In this document: positions 10,401 through 20,419 of the stretch, piece after piece | Layout: every line of letters starts with the position of its first letter | Position numbering within the stretch: the stretch's first letter is position 1 | Assembly: GCA_017467085.1 (NCBI GenBank) | Contig: JAFTSW010000044.1 | Location: 1 to 59,166, forward strand | DNA: 59,166 nt | Origin: Clostridia bacterium | GTDB lineage: Bacteria; Bacillota; Clostridia; Oscillospirales; CAG-272 | Direction of reading: 5' to 3' | The notes under the pieces: generated by a model | Database searches by the model: none | Told to the model about the DNA's origin: nothing | The model's input: the letters and a program-made list of their open reading frames with translations, nothing else | Position numbers and translations under genes: made by a program

Positions 10401-13400
10401 TGAAGTAGAAGCGAAGGGCATCAGACATATCCTTCTTGACCGCTACCTCCTCGGACAGCACCCAGATGCCTGCCATACCGTTGTCAAGGTCGCTTTGGGC
10501 TTCCTCTCTCGTCATGTTGAAATTGAAGTGAGAGAATGCCTTAAAGACGGTGGTCTTATCGGGAATCTTGGAGAGGGTTTCCTCTAACATCGAGGTATCC
10601 AGGTCCAGATAGTAGCAGACGTCTGCCACACGGTTCTGGAGCTTCTCCGCCTCACTCAGAAGACGGTTGTATACACGAATGGAATAATAAGTGCCCGCCA
10701 TATTGCGCCACATATCAAAGCGCCGGTCAATGACCTCATCATTCGTCATATATATCTCGGGAGAAATTTCGGACACCAGATTTACCTTGTTATCCAGGGC
10801 AACGGTATAGGTGGCAAGAACGTTGTCGCGGATATAGGTTTCTTCCTCATCAATGTAGTTATAGGCAATGCTGTAATTGACGATATTGCCAAAATTAAGG
10901 CTACCAAAGGTATTGTCCTTACCTACCTCCACTCTGCCGCCTGCGGGAATGTTGCTGTTATAGTTGCCGTAGCTCTGGTACATCCAACGGCGCTGCATAT
11001 TGGCGCCGCCGGCGTGGCTATAGCAGACAAAGCCCATACAACGGTAAGCGCCAAGCACAAAGGCGTCCTCGGTAAAGATACCGTGAACGGTGTAATCGTC
11101 ATAGAAGCGGGATATAGTGCCGTCCTCCGCCTCTACCGTAATGCCCTCGGGGTCGACGATAGACTCCAGCGTATATTCCCCGTCGGGAAGCATACCGTAG
11201 TCAAAGGACAGATAGAAATCGTTTGCCTGCTTGACACGGTATTCCTTCACCTGCTGCTTTTCGACAATCAGCTGAGGAACGGTGTCACGGATTTTAAGAC
11301 CGCCGTCCTCGGCTCTGTACCAGCCCTTGCCAACCAGGGTACCGAAGGTGCCCTCGCTTACGGCGTTTGCCCAGACAACGCCCGACTCGCTGATACGGTA
11401 GGCAGAGCTGAAGCCGTCATAGGCGGCAAGCAGCACCTCTAAGCCGTCGGTTACGTAGAGAGAGGAGTCCGCGCTCCAGGTGTTATCCAACAGCGCCAGG
11501 GTTTCCTTCAACGCCTTATCAAAGGCGTCCTTATCCATCATGGACATTTTCTTGAAGGAATCCACCACGAACGCCTGAGATTCGGCATCTAAGTCGGTCA
11601 GCGCCTTGATGTCTGCGCCCGCATACGCCAGCATATCCACAAAATGGTTATACGCCATTTCATACTCGGTCAGCACCGCATCGTATACACGCACGGCGTA
11701 GGTGGTGACGGGAGCGCGGCGGAAGAGATAAAAGAGGGACTCAGCAGAGGAGCCGACGTAGTAGGTATTGCTTTCGTTGGTGGAGGGGACGGTGCTATCG
11801 TAATCACCCTGCTTTTTCAGGGTGTTATTTTGCAGAATCTGATAGGTTGCCAGGGTCTTTTCATTCGTTACCGTCAGATTGCGGATGATTTGCTGAGAGT
11901 AAGCGGCGGTTTCCCCACGGCTACCCTCGCCCCACAGCTGTCTGTTGGTATAGCTGGGGCGGAAGAAGCCCTCCGTACCGGGGGCTAAGAACCAACGGCA
12001 ATAGTGAACGCCGCCCATAGCGTCGCCGCTATCGTTGCCGCCGCGGTTGTATACAACCTTGAGCTGTCCGATGGCATCGGACAGCGTTGCCTTCAGATAC
12101 TCGGCGGCGGTATAGTTGACGGTGCCGCCCTTTCCGTCATCTGTCCCAAAGAAGCCGTACTTGGTGACGTGCTCAAGAGTAAAGTCCTCTCGGGGCAAGG
12201 CGTCAATGCCTAAGTTGAGGTAGACGTCCTCGGTATAGGTGCCCGTGGCGGCAGCGGTGCTGTCAGCGGCAGGGATATAGGTCATATCGTAGCCAACGCC
12301 GCCCCCCTCTCTCTTTTGCCAGAGAGAGCCGATGAGGGTGCCGTCAAAGTTGCCCATTTTATCGTACCAGACGGTTTTATTGTCAAAGAACATCACGGAG
12401 GCGGTGTCATACGCTGAGAGCAGAATGGAAAGAGAGCCGCCGTTCTGGGTCTTGGAGCCGTCTGCGCCCACGTAGAGCTTATCGTATTCTGTTTTTTGAC
12501 GGGCAAGCGCCTCCACGGCACGCATAGCGGCAAGCTCATCAATGATGTCCTTCACGCCCCCAACGGTCACCGAGAAGCCTGCCTCTGCTACGGCAGATAA
12601 AAGGGCGCTTTTGTCCGCATCGGGAACTGCCTTATAATCCGCAAAGGAGAAGCCGATATACAGCAAAATATCCAGCGCGCGGTTGTGGGTAAGCTCCTTG
12701 GCTGTCAAGGGCTTGGTATACAGACGCACGGCGTAGTAGCTGGCAGGCATTGCCTGTCCCAGCACGAAATTACCCACGTAGGGGGTGTCACCCTTGGCGC
12801 AGGTGGTTTTCAGGGTGCGGCTGGGCGCCGTTTCCCCGTTTTTCAGAAACTCATAGGTATAGCTGTCGGGGGACTCGGTCAGGTTGACGGTTAAGCTCAT
12901 AACCGAGGTATCCTCGCGGTATGCCTGCATATAGCTGCCCATACCGATGCCGTCCAGGTTGCCCAAATCGCCCCAGGTATAGTCGCTGGCGGCGGCGCCA
13001 TCGTACAGCATCGTCACAAGGGCGTTATAGTTACGGGGCGGCCAGGGAGAGTTGCCGCTCCAAAGGAAGCCGCGGAAGCGTCCAAGGGAAATATTCTCAC
13101 GGGTGGGCTCCGCATAGCGCTCAATAGGCGTTTTGCCGTCCGCGCCCACGGTCAAGCCACGAACGGAGGAGATAATTTCTAAGGTATAGGTATCGGTGGG
13201 AAGAAGGGTGGCGTCCAAGGAAAGGGTATAATTCCAATCCCATTTTTCCAAATCGTAGCCAATGCTTCCGTCCTCTGCCTTCTCCCAGGTGCCGCCAAGG
13301 GTGGCGTTTTGAGTCGCGCCGGGGGCGACATTGGTCCAAGCTCCTGCCAAAAGATTCACGGAGGAGACGTCACGGAAGGCGGTCAGAAGCACGGTAAGAG

Positions 13401-13593
13401 AGCCGCCGTTCTGGGTCTTGGAGCCGTCAGCACCTATGTACAGGTCGGCAAAATCGTCTGCCGTGGAGGCGGCATTACCCGAAGCGCCGCTTCCTGTCCC
13501 CTCCCCTGCCGCCGAGGCAGGAAAAAGCGCTGTCGGCACAAGTGCCAGCAGCATACAGCATATTAACAGCGCGCAAAGAATTCTCTTTTTCAT
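7444..13593 (-). CDS. Giant secreted LamG x3 + GH141-like beta-helix protein, copy 2
   Basis: ORF track 2053 aa; likely start MKKR at 13593 with GGAG 6 nt upstream. Signal peptide; three Y(A/S)(V/I)R(L/V)Y..LT..E LamG-type motifs; GDGS..PY, FRNLYVDG, DGGAIY and YYFD motifs. Confidence 0.9.
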   Translation of the reverse strand: MKKRILCALLICCMLLALVPTALFPASAAGEGTGSGASGNAASTADDFADLYIGADGSKTQNGGSLTVLLTAFRDVSSVNLLAGAWTNVAPGATQNATLGGTWEKAEDGSIGYDLEKWDWNYTLSLDATLLPTDTYTLEIISSVRGLTVGADGKTPIERYAEPTRENISLGRFRGFLWSGNSPWPPRNYNALVTMLYDGAAASDYTWGDLGNLDGIGMGSYMQAYREDTSVMSLTVNLTESPDSYTYEFLKNGETAPSRTLKTTCAKGDTPYVGNFVLGQAMPASYYAVRLYTKPLTAKELTHNRALDILLYIGFSFADYKAVPDADKSALLSAVAEAGFSVTVGGVKDIIDELAAMRAVEALARQKTEYDKLYVGADGSKTQNGGSLSILLSAYDTASVMFFDNKTVWYDKMGNFDGTLIGSLWQKREGGGVGYDMTYIPAADSTAAATGTYTEDVYLNLGIDALPREDFTLEHVTKYGFFGTDDGKGGTVNYTAAEYLKATLSDAIGQLKVVYNRGGNDSGDAMGGVHYCRWFLAPGTEGFFRPSYTNRQLWGEGSRGETAAYSQQIIRNLTVTNEKTLATYQILQNNTLKKQGDYDSTVPSTNESNTYYVGSSAESLFYLFRRAPVTTYAVRVYDAVLTEYEMAYNHFVDMLAYAGADIKALTDLDAESQAFVVDSFKKMSMMDKDAFDKALKETLALLDNTWSADSSLYVTDGLEVLLAAYDGFSSAYRISESGVVWANAVSEGTFGTLVGKGWYRAEDGGLKIRDTVPQLIVEKQQVKEYRVKQANDFYLSFDYGMLPDGEYTLESIVDPEGITVEAEDGTISRFYDDYTVHGIFTEDAFVLGAYRCMGFVCYSHAGGANMQRRWMYQSYGNYNSNIPAGGRVEVGKDNTFGSLNFGNIVNYSIAYNYIDEEETYIRDNVLATYTVALDNKVNLVSEISPEIYMTNDEVIDRRFDMWRNMAGTYYSIRVYNRLLSEAEKLQNRVADVCYYLDLDTSMLEETLSKIPDKTTVFKAFSHFNFNMTREEAQSDLDNGMAGIWVLSEEVAVKKDMSDALRFYFTLQQPSITAIMQAGFAIELGTVVNLSGEQPDVKAGKYDYRFVAFDSVAGAHKEYFLDEDTYAVTLSFHDGNIDLYNQNLKVVTYVKLTTAQGEEMYFYGGFSGKAFYKMTSFFTVMNYLDGRNAIKESELAQYVADTVASCYYDHTVYFDSNAEGKGDGSADAPYTDFADAFAACNAALAALDRPTNVRLFVEGGTHTVTEIAEFDFTAVTYPYYYYTIEGDYLDDEAPELTTAIPLPTEEFEAVAGKDSLYVYQFAPDAEGKYPAFRNLYVDGITADLSHSTANYAHKGVMPEVNRFGEFEQGTYLKAKYYYENGVLEEHSPSVEYASLAERTDLIASYTTHYNGFLSQGNAYVWDPGEDYKPAVLYLNIASVEALRDTVSARLAEMKANKDAVSAEVAELTAEKATAKAAYEAAVADYEAKLAAAGKAGATDEEKVAYVAAKAVMDAAKVTLDEVTALLAETELMVYDPTFSYQVCMKGTQLEMYHSGQWCYNLLDVYGIDFDDVTYYYDEIAKELETCVAVYIRPDHFEKFQRPKGGDLNGYFFSMQNDLAFVDSENEYYYDVETGRLYYYTAYGLDGLSISYPTLDNLFVFHNPQYLVLTDLTIWGVDIYELSRTGVATGQAGADVITEPSLAEGGCGFCTESAISLYDPRHTTVQDCYIHDIGGAGIFIQGRNEYTTISGNELEWIGDSGIRVRGDTSKYGGREMSETSGSYYLTVTNNYLHDIGRSIYSAPSVMIGVCENVEISRNTVIGSSYSAYSIGWKWTAADWEEGEKIHLQNVNMHHNYITDYMQELGDGGAIYIMGGNLKSDNPKQLNFLHHNYVVHSKSSNPRGFFACSYYFDASCSNWSNYNNILVKHASTITDKQYNAGRYTEAEYYAYLSAKYTRPFFMQSTTPDSLSFNIHSWDNYVYNVRATKVTEQFAECYHMGSGWKGKGHTESGTQYFSGERSFAFSASVKIQIEECGAYACPGDWTWVLGDDY

Positions 13594-13662
13594 AAAAATC
13601 TCCATTCTGTCGCCTATATTTATTCAGTAAAGCGCCGTATCAAAACAGTACGGCACAATACC

Positions 13663-13765
13663 ATTTTACACAAAAAAAGAAAAAATGTCAAGCCTTATCG
13701 GGGGCTTGACCAAAATTTTGTTAGATTGTTTAATTTTCTGTTTCCTTTTTGTGCAAAAGAACCAA
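13663..13765 (-). promoter_or_regulatory. sigmaA promoter of copy 2 with upstream dyad pair
   Basis: TTGACA-17-TAAAAT at 13691-13663. Dyads at 13718 and 13749. Inverted repeat GTCAAGCC-N8-GGCTTGAC overlaps the -35. Confidence 0.65.
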
Positions 13766-13800
13766 AAAGCCGAGGGCTTTCTTTTGGAAAGTCCTCGGCT
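13764..13800 (-). terminator. Rho-independent terminator of copy 3
   Basis: AGCCGAGGGCTTTC-N5-GAAAGTCCTCGGCT with a T tail on the minus strand, ~28 nt after the stop. Confidence 0.75.
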
Positions 13801-13827
13801 CGGTTAACCCTGCTTGGGGAAAAGGCA

Positions 13828-16800
13828 TCAATAATCGTCGCCCAGAACCCAGCTCCAGTCACCGGGGCAAACACGGGCGCCGCACTCCTCAATCTGTCCT
13901 CTGATGACAGAGGAGAACGCGAGCTTATTGTCGCCGCTGAAATACTGGGTACCCGACTCGGTATGACCCTTTTCGCTTTCCCAGTTGGTTCCCATATGGT
14001 AGCACTCGGAGAACTGCGACGCTACCTTGGTTGCCGATACGTTATACACGTAGTTGTTCCAGGAATGAATATTGTAGGAATCGGCGCCTGCCGTATGCTG
14101 CATATAGAAGGGGCGGAAGCATCTGCGGCGCTGATAGTGCGCGTATTCCTCGTCGGTTGCCTCATCCAGCTTACTGGCATCAATGGCGGTGGCGTGCTTC
14201 ACCAGAATATTGTTATAGTTCGACCAGTTGGAGGAGGAGCCGTCAAAGTAGTAGCTGGCGTAGAAGCCTACGTCCCCGTTACCCGTCGTTTTACTGTTCA
14301 CAACGTAGTTGTGATGCATAAAGTTGATTTGCTTGGGGTTGTCGGGCATCAGGTTGCCACCCAGCACGTAAATGGCGCCGCCGTCACCCAGCTCCTGGAT
14401 AAAGTCCGTAATGTAGTTGTGGTGAATATTGACGTTATACAGGTTGTAGTTTTCGTGCTCAAGCCAGGTTGCCGCCGTCCATCTCCAGCCCATAGAAATA
14501 GCGGAATAGGAGGAGCCGATAACGGTATTATTGGCAACCTCCACGTCCTTGCAGGCTGCAAAGTAGATGCCGGGGGAGCTATATACGGCTCTGCCCACAT
14601 CGTGGATATAGTTTTCCGTCACTAAAACTCTGTAGGCACCGCTGGTGTCAGAGTAGGTAGCGTTGCCGTAGCGGGCGGTGCTTCCACGGACACGGATAGC
14701 CGAGTCGCCAATCATCTCCAGCTCGTTGCCCGAGATGGTGATATTTTCCACTCTGCCCTCCATATAGATGCCCGCACCGCCGATATCGTGGAAATAGCAA
14801 TCCTGCACCACGGTGTTCTTAGGGTTATAGAAGGCAAGGGCGTTTTCGGTACAGAAGCCGCAGCCGCCCATAGAAAGATTTTCCTCTGTCAAGGTATCGG
14901 CGCCTGCCTGCCCCGTTGCGATGCCCGTTCTCGACAGCTCGTAGAAGTCAACGCCCCAGATTGTCAAATCGGAAACAATCAGGTTGTTGGAATCGTGGAA
15001 GATGAGAAGGTTATCCAGCGTAGGATACGCAAAGGACAGCTCCGTTATATCATACTGAGTATAGTAGTAAAGTCTACCCGTTTCCACCTCGTAGAAATAT
15101 TCGCCCTCGCTATCCACAAAGACAAGCGCATTCTGCAAGGCATAGTAGTAGCCTTGGGGATTGCCCGTTGTGGCAAAGCTCATTTTCGTCAGGTGGTCGG
15201 GTCTGACGTATACCGCCACACAGGCTTCCACCTCCTTGTGACGCTCGTCATAGTAGTAGGTAACGTCATCAAAGTCAATGCCGTATACGTCAACCAGGTT
15301 AAAGCACCATTCGCCATCGTGATACAGCTCCACCTGCAAGCCCTTCAAGGCAACCTTGTAGGCGGTGGTCACGTCATACACCATAGGCTTTGCCTCGGCA
15401 AGCTCTGCCTCCAGAGTCGCCAAGACTGCCGTTGCCTCGTCTACAACCACCTTGGCTTGCACGTAGGCGCCCTTTTCCTCCTCGGTGGCATTCGATTTGC
15501 CTGCCGCCTCCAGCTTCGCCTCGTAGTCCGCGATAGCAGCGGCAAGCGCCGCCTTGGCATCCGCAACGGCTGCCTCCAGACGGGCAACCTCCGCTTCCCA
15601 TTCAGCCTTGCTTGCCTCTAACTCGGCAAGACGCGCCTCAACGGTTCCGCGAAGCATCTCCACAGAGGCAAGGCTCAGATACAGCGCGTTACTGCGCTGT
15701 GCCTCATCCGTGGGAGGTGTCCAGGTATAGGCGCTACCAAGCGTCATAAAGCCGTTGTAATGGGTGGTATAGGAGGCGATAAGGTCGGTTCTTTCGGGAA
15801 GAGAGGCATACTCCACCTCGGGAGAATGGTCTGCCAAAACGCCTTTATCGAAGTAATACTTTGCCTTTAGGTAGGTGCCCTCCATATACCGTCCGAAGTG
15901 ATTGATTTCGGGGGCGATGCCCGTGCGGGCGGCGTTGGAGGTGCCGTAGGCAAGGGTCGCCGTCATTTTATCCACGTAGAGGTTGCGGAATTCGGGGTAT
16001 TTGCCCTCGGCATCGGGCGCGAACTGATAGACATAGAGGCTATCCTTCCCTGCTACTGCCGCGAAATCGGCAGAGGAGAGAGGCACGGCGGTGGTCAGCT
16101 CGGGAGCATCCTCCGCCATATAATCACCTTCAATGGTGTAATAATAGTAGGGGTAGGTGATTTCGTCAAAATCGAACTCCACGGTTTCGGAAAGCACGTG
16201 GGTACCGCCCTCTACGAACAGGCGCACGTTGGTGGGTCTGTCCAGGGTGGTCAGCGCATTGTTACACGCCTCAAAAGCATCGGTGAAGTCGGTATAAGGC
16301 GCGTTTTCGCTGCCGTCACCCTTGCCCTCGGCGTTTGAGTCAAAGTAGACGGTATGGTCATAATAGCAGGAGCTGACCGTATCGGCAACATACTCGGCAA
16401 TATCGCTGTTTTTGACGTTATCCTGCGCCGCCAGATGGTTCAGAACGGTAAAGAAGGAGGTGATTTCGCCGTATGCGGCGCCCGCAAAGCCGCCGTAGAA
16501 CATCAGCGTTTCCCCTTCCGCGGTCACCAGCTTCACGTAGGTGGCAATTTTCAGCTTTTGGTTATAAAGGTCAATATTGCCGTCCTGATAGGAAAGGGTG
16601 ATGGCGAAGGTATCCCCGTCCAAGAAATAGGCGCTATGGGCGCCTGCCACAGAGTCAAATGCCACAAAGCGGTAATCGTACTCGCCCTTCAGAAGGTCGG
16701 GTCTTTCCTCGCTCTGCACGTTCAACAGCACACCAAGCTCCAAGGCAAAGCCAGCCCGCATAATGGCGGTAACGGAAGCGTGCTGTACGGTGAAGTAGAA

Positions 16801-19800
16801 GCGAATGGCATCGGACATATCGCTCTTGACGGCAACGCCCTCGGACTGTACCCAAATGCCTGCCATACCGTTGTCAAGGTCACTTTGCGCCTTTTCCTTG
16901 TCCATATGGAAGTCAAAGTGGGCAAATGCCTTAAAGACGGTGGTCTTGTCGGGCACCTTGGCAAGGGTTTCCTCCAAAAGGGTGGTATCAAGGTCCAGAT
17001 AGTAGCAAACGTCCGCCACGTGGTTCTGGATTTTCTCCGCCTCGGTCAAAAGACGGTTGTACACACGAATGGCGTAGTAGGTGCCTGCCATATCGCGCCA
17101 CATTTCAAAGCGCTTGTCAATGACCTCGTCATTGGTCATATACATATCATTGGTGATTTCGGACACCAGCCCCTCCTTGCCGTCCAGGGTGACGGTATAG
17201 GTAGCCGCCAGGTCCTCATCGTTTTCCTCCAACAGGTCGAAGGCAATGGAGTAGTTGACGATGTTACCGAAACGGAGGTCGCCGAAGGTTCTGTCCTTAC
17301 CAACCTCTATACGTCCGCCGACAGGCTGGCTGTCCCAGCCCTTCTCTGCCTGGTACATCCAGCGGCGCTCCATGTTGGTGCCCACGTGGCTATAGCAGAA
17401 GAAGCCCATGGCGCGGTAGGCGCCGATAACCATTGCGTCCTCGGCATACAGACCGTATTTGGAATAGTCATCATACAGGCGGCTGACGGTGCCGTCCTCT
17501 GCCGCAACGGTGGTGCCCTCAGGAGAGAGAATGGACTCGATGGTGTATTCTCCCTCGGGAAGCATTCCGTAATCAAAGGTCAGATAGAAGGGATTATTTA
17601 AGGATATGCGGTAGTTCTTTACGTCCTTTTTCTCCACGATAAGCTGAGGAACGGTATCCTTGAAGGTCAAGCCGCCGCCCTCGCTCTTGTACCAGCCGTT
17701 GCCGACCAAGGTACCGAAGGTTGCGTCGGTTACGGCATTTGCCCAGATAACGCTGGCGTCACTGATGCGGGCGGTGGTGGAGAAGCCCTCGTAATAGGCA
17801 AGAAGAATCTCCAAGCCATCGGTTACATACAGAGATGTATCCTTGTTCCAGTCGCTGACCACCAGCGCCAGGGTTTCATCAAGAGATGCCTGCATTTCGG
17901 CGTTTTCCATAAAGGCAACGTCCTTATAGGAGTTGACCACGAAGGCAACCGTTTCCGCGGAAAGTCCCTTGAGAACGTCCGCGTCGATGCCCGCATACGC
18001 CAACAAATCCGCAAAGTGGTTCTGGGCGCGCTCGTGCTCGGTCAAAACGGCATCATACAGACGCAGGGAGTAGGCATTGACGGGGGCGCGGCGAGAAAGG
18101 TAAAAGAGCGTTTCCGCGCCGTCACCCGTGTAAAAGGTGTTGCTGGCATTGGCGGAAGCAACGGAGCTATCGTACTCGCCCTTCTTCTGCTGCACGTTGT
18201 TCTTCAGAATCTGATAGGTGGCAAGCGTCTTGGTGCTCTGCACCGTCACGTCACGGACGAACTGCTGCACAAACACGTTATCGTCCGCGCGGCTACCCTC
18301 CTTGTAAAGCTGGTTATTGCTGTAGCTGGCGTCATACCAATCGCCCGACCCGGGGGAAAGGAACCAACGGTTGAAGCGCACACCGCCCAAGGCCTCGCCG
18401 CCGTCAAGACCGCCGCGGTTGTAAATGGCCTTCAGCTGACCGATGGCATCGGACAAAACGCCCTTTAAGTATTCGCCCTTGGTGTAATAGCCAATCACGT
18501 TGCCATCGGCATCTATCTCCTGATAATGTCTGTATTTTGCAACGTATTCAAGGGTGAAGTCGCCCTCGGGAATTGCTTCTCCGCCGATATCCAGATACAC
18601 GTCCTCGGTGTAGCTGCCCGTTGCGGCAACACTGCTGTCTGCCGAGGGGAGATAGGTCATATCGTAGCCAACGCCGCCGTTATCGTTCTTTACCCAAAGA
18701 GACCCAACGAGCGTGGCATCGAAGTTGCCCATCTTGTCATACCAGAGGGTCTTTTCGTCAAAAAAGACGACGGAGCTTGTGTCAAAGGCAGAAAGCAGTA
18801 TCGAAAGGTGACCGCCGTTTGCGGTTGCTTCACCATTTGCACCAACGTACATCTCGTCGTACGCGGTCTTCTTGCGCGCCTCCTCTTCTGCGGCGCGGAT
18901 TTCGGCCAAGGTATTGATGATGGCGCGGATATCCGTTTCGGAGGCACCGAAGCCAAACGCGGCTACCTGCGAAAGAAAGGTTGCCTTATCTGCATCGGGA
19001 ACGCTTTCATAAAGAGAAAAATCAATGTCGCTATACAGCAGAATATCAACCGCGCGGTTGATTTCCAGCTCCTTGGCAGTTAAGGGCTTGGTGTAAAGAC
19101 GCACCGCATACAGCGTTGCAGGCAAGGAGCGGTTCACGATGAACTTACCGACGTAAGCGGAGCCATCCTTAGCAACGGAAGATTTCAGATTGGCGGCGGG
19201 CGACGTTTCACCGTTCTTCAAGAACTTATAATTGTAGTTGGTCGCATCCTCGGTCAGCGTCACGGTCAAATTGATGATGGAGGTATCCTGCGTGTAGGTC
19301 TGCAAGGAGCTACTGAATCCAACGCCTGCCAAATTGCCGATGGTGCCCCAAGCATCGTCAGCAGAAGCATCATCCTCGCTGAGCATGGTGGTCAACGCAT
19401 TGTATTTTCTGTTTACGTAGGGCGACTCGCCGCTCCACAGGAAGCCACGCAGACGGCCAAGAGACACGGCCGCGGTCTTGTTGTAGACGTAGACAGGGGT
19501 TACACCGTCTGCATTCTCCGTAAAGCCGCGCACGGAGGAAACGATTTCAAGAGAATAGGTATCCGTGGGCAAAAGCGAAGCGTCCAAGGACAAGAAATAC
19601 TCATAATTTTCTTTGTCAAGGTCGTACCCAACGCCATTCTCGCCGGCTACCCACGTACCGCCAAGGGTGGCGTGCAAGGAGGCGTTCTTGGCAATATTCT
19701 TCCAAGTGCCATTATTCAAGTCCAAGGAGGAGGAGCCCTTAAGGGCCGTCAGAAGAACCGTCAGGCTTCCGCCGTTCTGGTTCTTTTCTCCGTTGGCGCC

Positions 19801-19959
19801 TACATACAAATCGGAAAAATCGTCTGCCGTAGAGGCAGTATTACCCGAAGCGCCGCTTCCTGTCCCCTCCCCTGCCGCCGCGGCAGGAAAAAGCGCTGTC
19901 GGCACAAGTGCCAGCAGCATACAGCATATCAACAATGCGCTTATGATTCTCTTTTTCAT
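13828..19959 (-). CDS. Giant secreted LamG x3 + GH141-like beta-helix protein, copy 3
   Basis: ORF track 2064 aa; likely start MKKRIIS at 19959 (GGAG SD). Same architecture and motifs as copy 2. Confidence 0.9.
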   Translation of the reverse strand: MKKRIISALLICCMLLALVPTALFPAAAAGEGTGSGASGNTASTADDFSDLYVGANGEKNQNGGSLTVLLTALKGSSSLDLNNGTWKNIAKNASLHATLGGTWVAGENGVGYDLDKENYEYFLSLDASLLPTDTYSLEIVSSVRGFTENADGVTPVYVYNKTAAVSLGRLRGFLWSGESPYVNRKYNALTTMLSEDDASADDAWGTIGNLAGVGFSSSLQTYTQDTSIINLTVTLTEDATNYNYKFLKNGETSPAANLKSSVAKDGSAYVGKFIVNRSLPATLYAVRLYTKPLTAKELEINRAVDILLYSDIDFSLYESVPDADKATFLSQVAAFGFGASETDIRAIINTLAEIRAAEEEARKKTAYDEMYVGANGEATANGGHLSILLSAFDTSSVVFFDEKTLWYDKMGNFDATLVGSLWVKNDNGGVGYDMTYLPSADSSVAATGSYTEDVYLDIGGEAIPEGDFTLEYVAKYRHYQEIDADGNVIGYYTKGEYLKGVLSDAIGQLKAIYNRGGLDGGEALGGVRFNRWFLSPGSGDWYDASYSNNQLYKEGSRADDNVFVQQFVRDVTVQSTKTLATYQILKNNVQQKKGEYDSSVASANASNTFYTGDGAETLFYLSRRAPVNAYSLRLYDAVLTEHERAQNHFADLLAYAGIDADVLKGLSAETVAFVVNSYKDVAFMENAEMQASLDETLALVVSDWNKDTSLYVTDGLEILLAYYEGFSTTARISDASVIWANAVTDATFGTLVGNGWYKSEGGGLTFKDTVPQLIVEKKDVKNYRISLNNPFYLTFDYGMLPEGEYTIESILSPEGTTVAAEDGTVSRLYDDYSKYGLYAEDAMVIGAYRAMGFFCYSHVGTNMERRWMYQAEKGWDSQPVGGRIEVGKDRTFGDLRFGNIVNYSIAFDLLEENDEDLAATYTVTLDGKEGLVSEITNDMYMTNDEVIDKRFEMWRDMAGTYYAIRVYNRLLTEAEKIQNHVADVCYYLDLDTTLLEETLAKVPDKTTVFKAFAHFDFHMDKEKAQSDLDNGMAGIWVQSEGVAVKSDMSDAIRFYFTVQHASVTAIMRAGFALELGVLLNVQSEERPDLLKGEYDYRFVAFDSVAGAHSAYFLDGDTFAITLSYQDGNIDLYNQKLKIATYVKLVTAEGETLMFYGGFAGAAYGEITSFFTVLNHLAAQDNVKNSDIAEYVADTVSSCYYDHTVYFDSNAEGKGDGSENAPYTDFTDAFEACNNALTTLDRPTNVRLFVEGGTHVLSETVEFDFDEITYPYYYYTIEGDYMAEDAPELTTAVPLSSADFAAVAGKDSLYVYQFAPDAEGKYPEFRNLYVDKMTATLAYGTSNAARTGIAPEINHFGRYMEGTYLKAKYYFDKGVLADHSPEVEYASLPERTDLIASYTTHYNGFMTLGSAYTWTPPTDEAQRSNALYLSLASVEMLRGTVEARLAELEASKAEWEAEVARLEAAVADAKAALAAAIADYEAKLEAAGKSNATEEEKGAYVQAKVVVDEATAVLATLEAELAEAKPMVYDVTTAYKVALKGLQVELYHDGEWCFNLVDVYGIDFDDVTYYYDERHKEVEACVAVYVRPDHLTKMSFATTGNPQGYYYALQNALVFVDSEGEYFYEVETGRLYYYTQYDITELSFAYPTLDNLLIFHDSNNLIVSDLTIWGVDFYELSRTGIATGQAGADTLTEENLSMGGCGFCTENALAFYNPKNTVVQDCYFHDIGGAGIYMEGRVENITISGNELEMIGDSAIRVRGSTARYGNATYSDTSGAYRVLVTENYIHDVGRAVYSSPGIYFAACKDVEVANNTVIGSSYSAISMGWRWTAATWLEHENYNLYNVNIHHNYITDFIQELGDGGAIYVLGGNLMPDNPKQINFMHHNYVVNSKTTGNGDVGFYASYYFDGSSSNWSNYNNILVKHATAIDASKLDEATDEEYAHYQRRRCFRPFYMQHTAGADSYNIHSWNNYVYNVSATKVASQFSECYHMGTNWESEKGHTESGTQYFSGDNKLAFSSVIRGQIEECGARVCPGDWSWVLGDDY

Positions 19960-20041
19960 AGCTTTCTCCATTCTATCACATAAAATCGGCAAAACCCAAG
20001 GGAGGCGCTGCTCACTTGGCACTCAAGGTTTATACAAGAAT

Positions 20042-20135
20042 ATTTTACACGATTTCGCACCGTCTGTCAATAGAGGAAGCGCATATTTGTTAAATTGGTG
20101 AACTTTGTCCCCCGCTTTTTGTGCAACCTGCCGAA
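20042..20135 (-). promoter_or_regulatory. sigmaA promoter of copy 3 with upstream dyad pair
   Basis: TTGACA-17-TAAAAT at 20070-20042. Dyads at 20087 and 20119. Confidence 0.65.
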
Positions 20136-20168
20136 AAGAAAGCTGCCGCGAGACTTTCTCGCGGCAGC
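20134..20168 (-). terminator. Rho-independent terminator of copy 4
   Basis: GCTGCCGCGAGA-N3-TCTCGCGGCAGC followed by TTTCTTTT on the minus strand. Confidence 0.75.
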
Positions 20169-20206
20169 GCCGGTATTGATATTTTGCTTTGTTGGTACTG
20201 TACAGC

Positions 20207-20408
20207 ACCCAATGCCGCAGGATTTTGGAGCAGATTTTGCTTGACCGTTACCCGAAGCCGTATTTCATACGGCAAGGGGGTCGGTCGGGCGAAGATGCCC
20301 AAAATCGACCCAATGCCGCAGGATTTTGGAGCAGATTGGCTCGAGCGGCACCCGCCGCCGTATTTCATACGGCAAGTGGGGCAGGTCGGGCGAAGATGCC
20401 CAAAATCC
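20207..20408. repeat. Two tandem copies of a ~101-bp palindromic (REP/MITE-like) element
   Basis: Units 20207-20307 and 20308-20408: ACCCAATGCCGCAGGATTTTGGAGCAGATT...GCCGTAT-N3-ATACGGC...GGGCGAAGATGCCCAAAATC. Confidence 0.9.
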
Positions 20409-20419
20409 AAGGCAAAGCA

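Noticed and set aside
20207-20408. 100-bp repeats as a CRISPR array
   Set aside because: Units are contiguous with no unique spacers, too long, at most two per site, and no cas genes are present.
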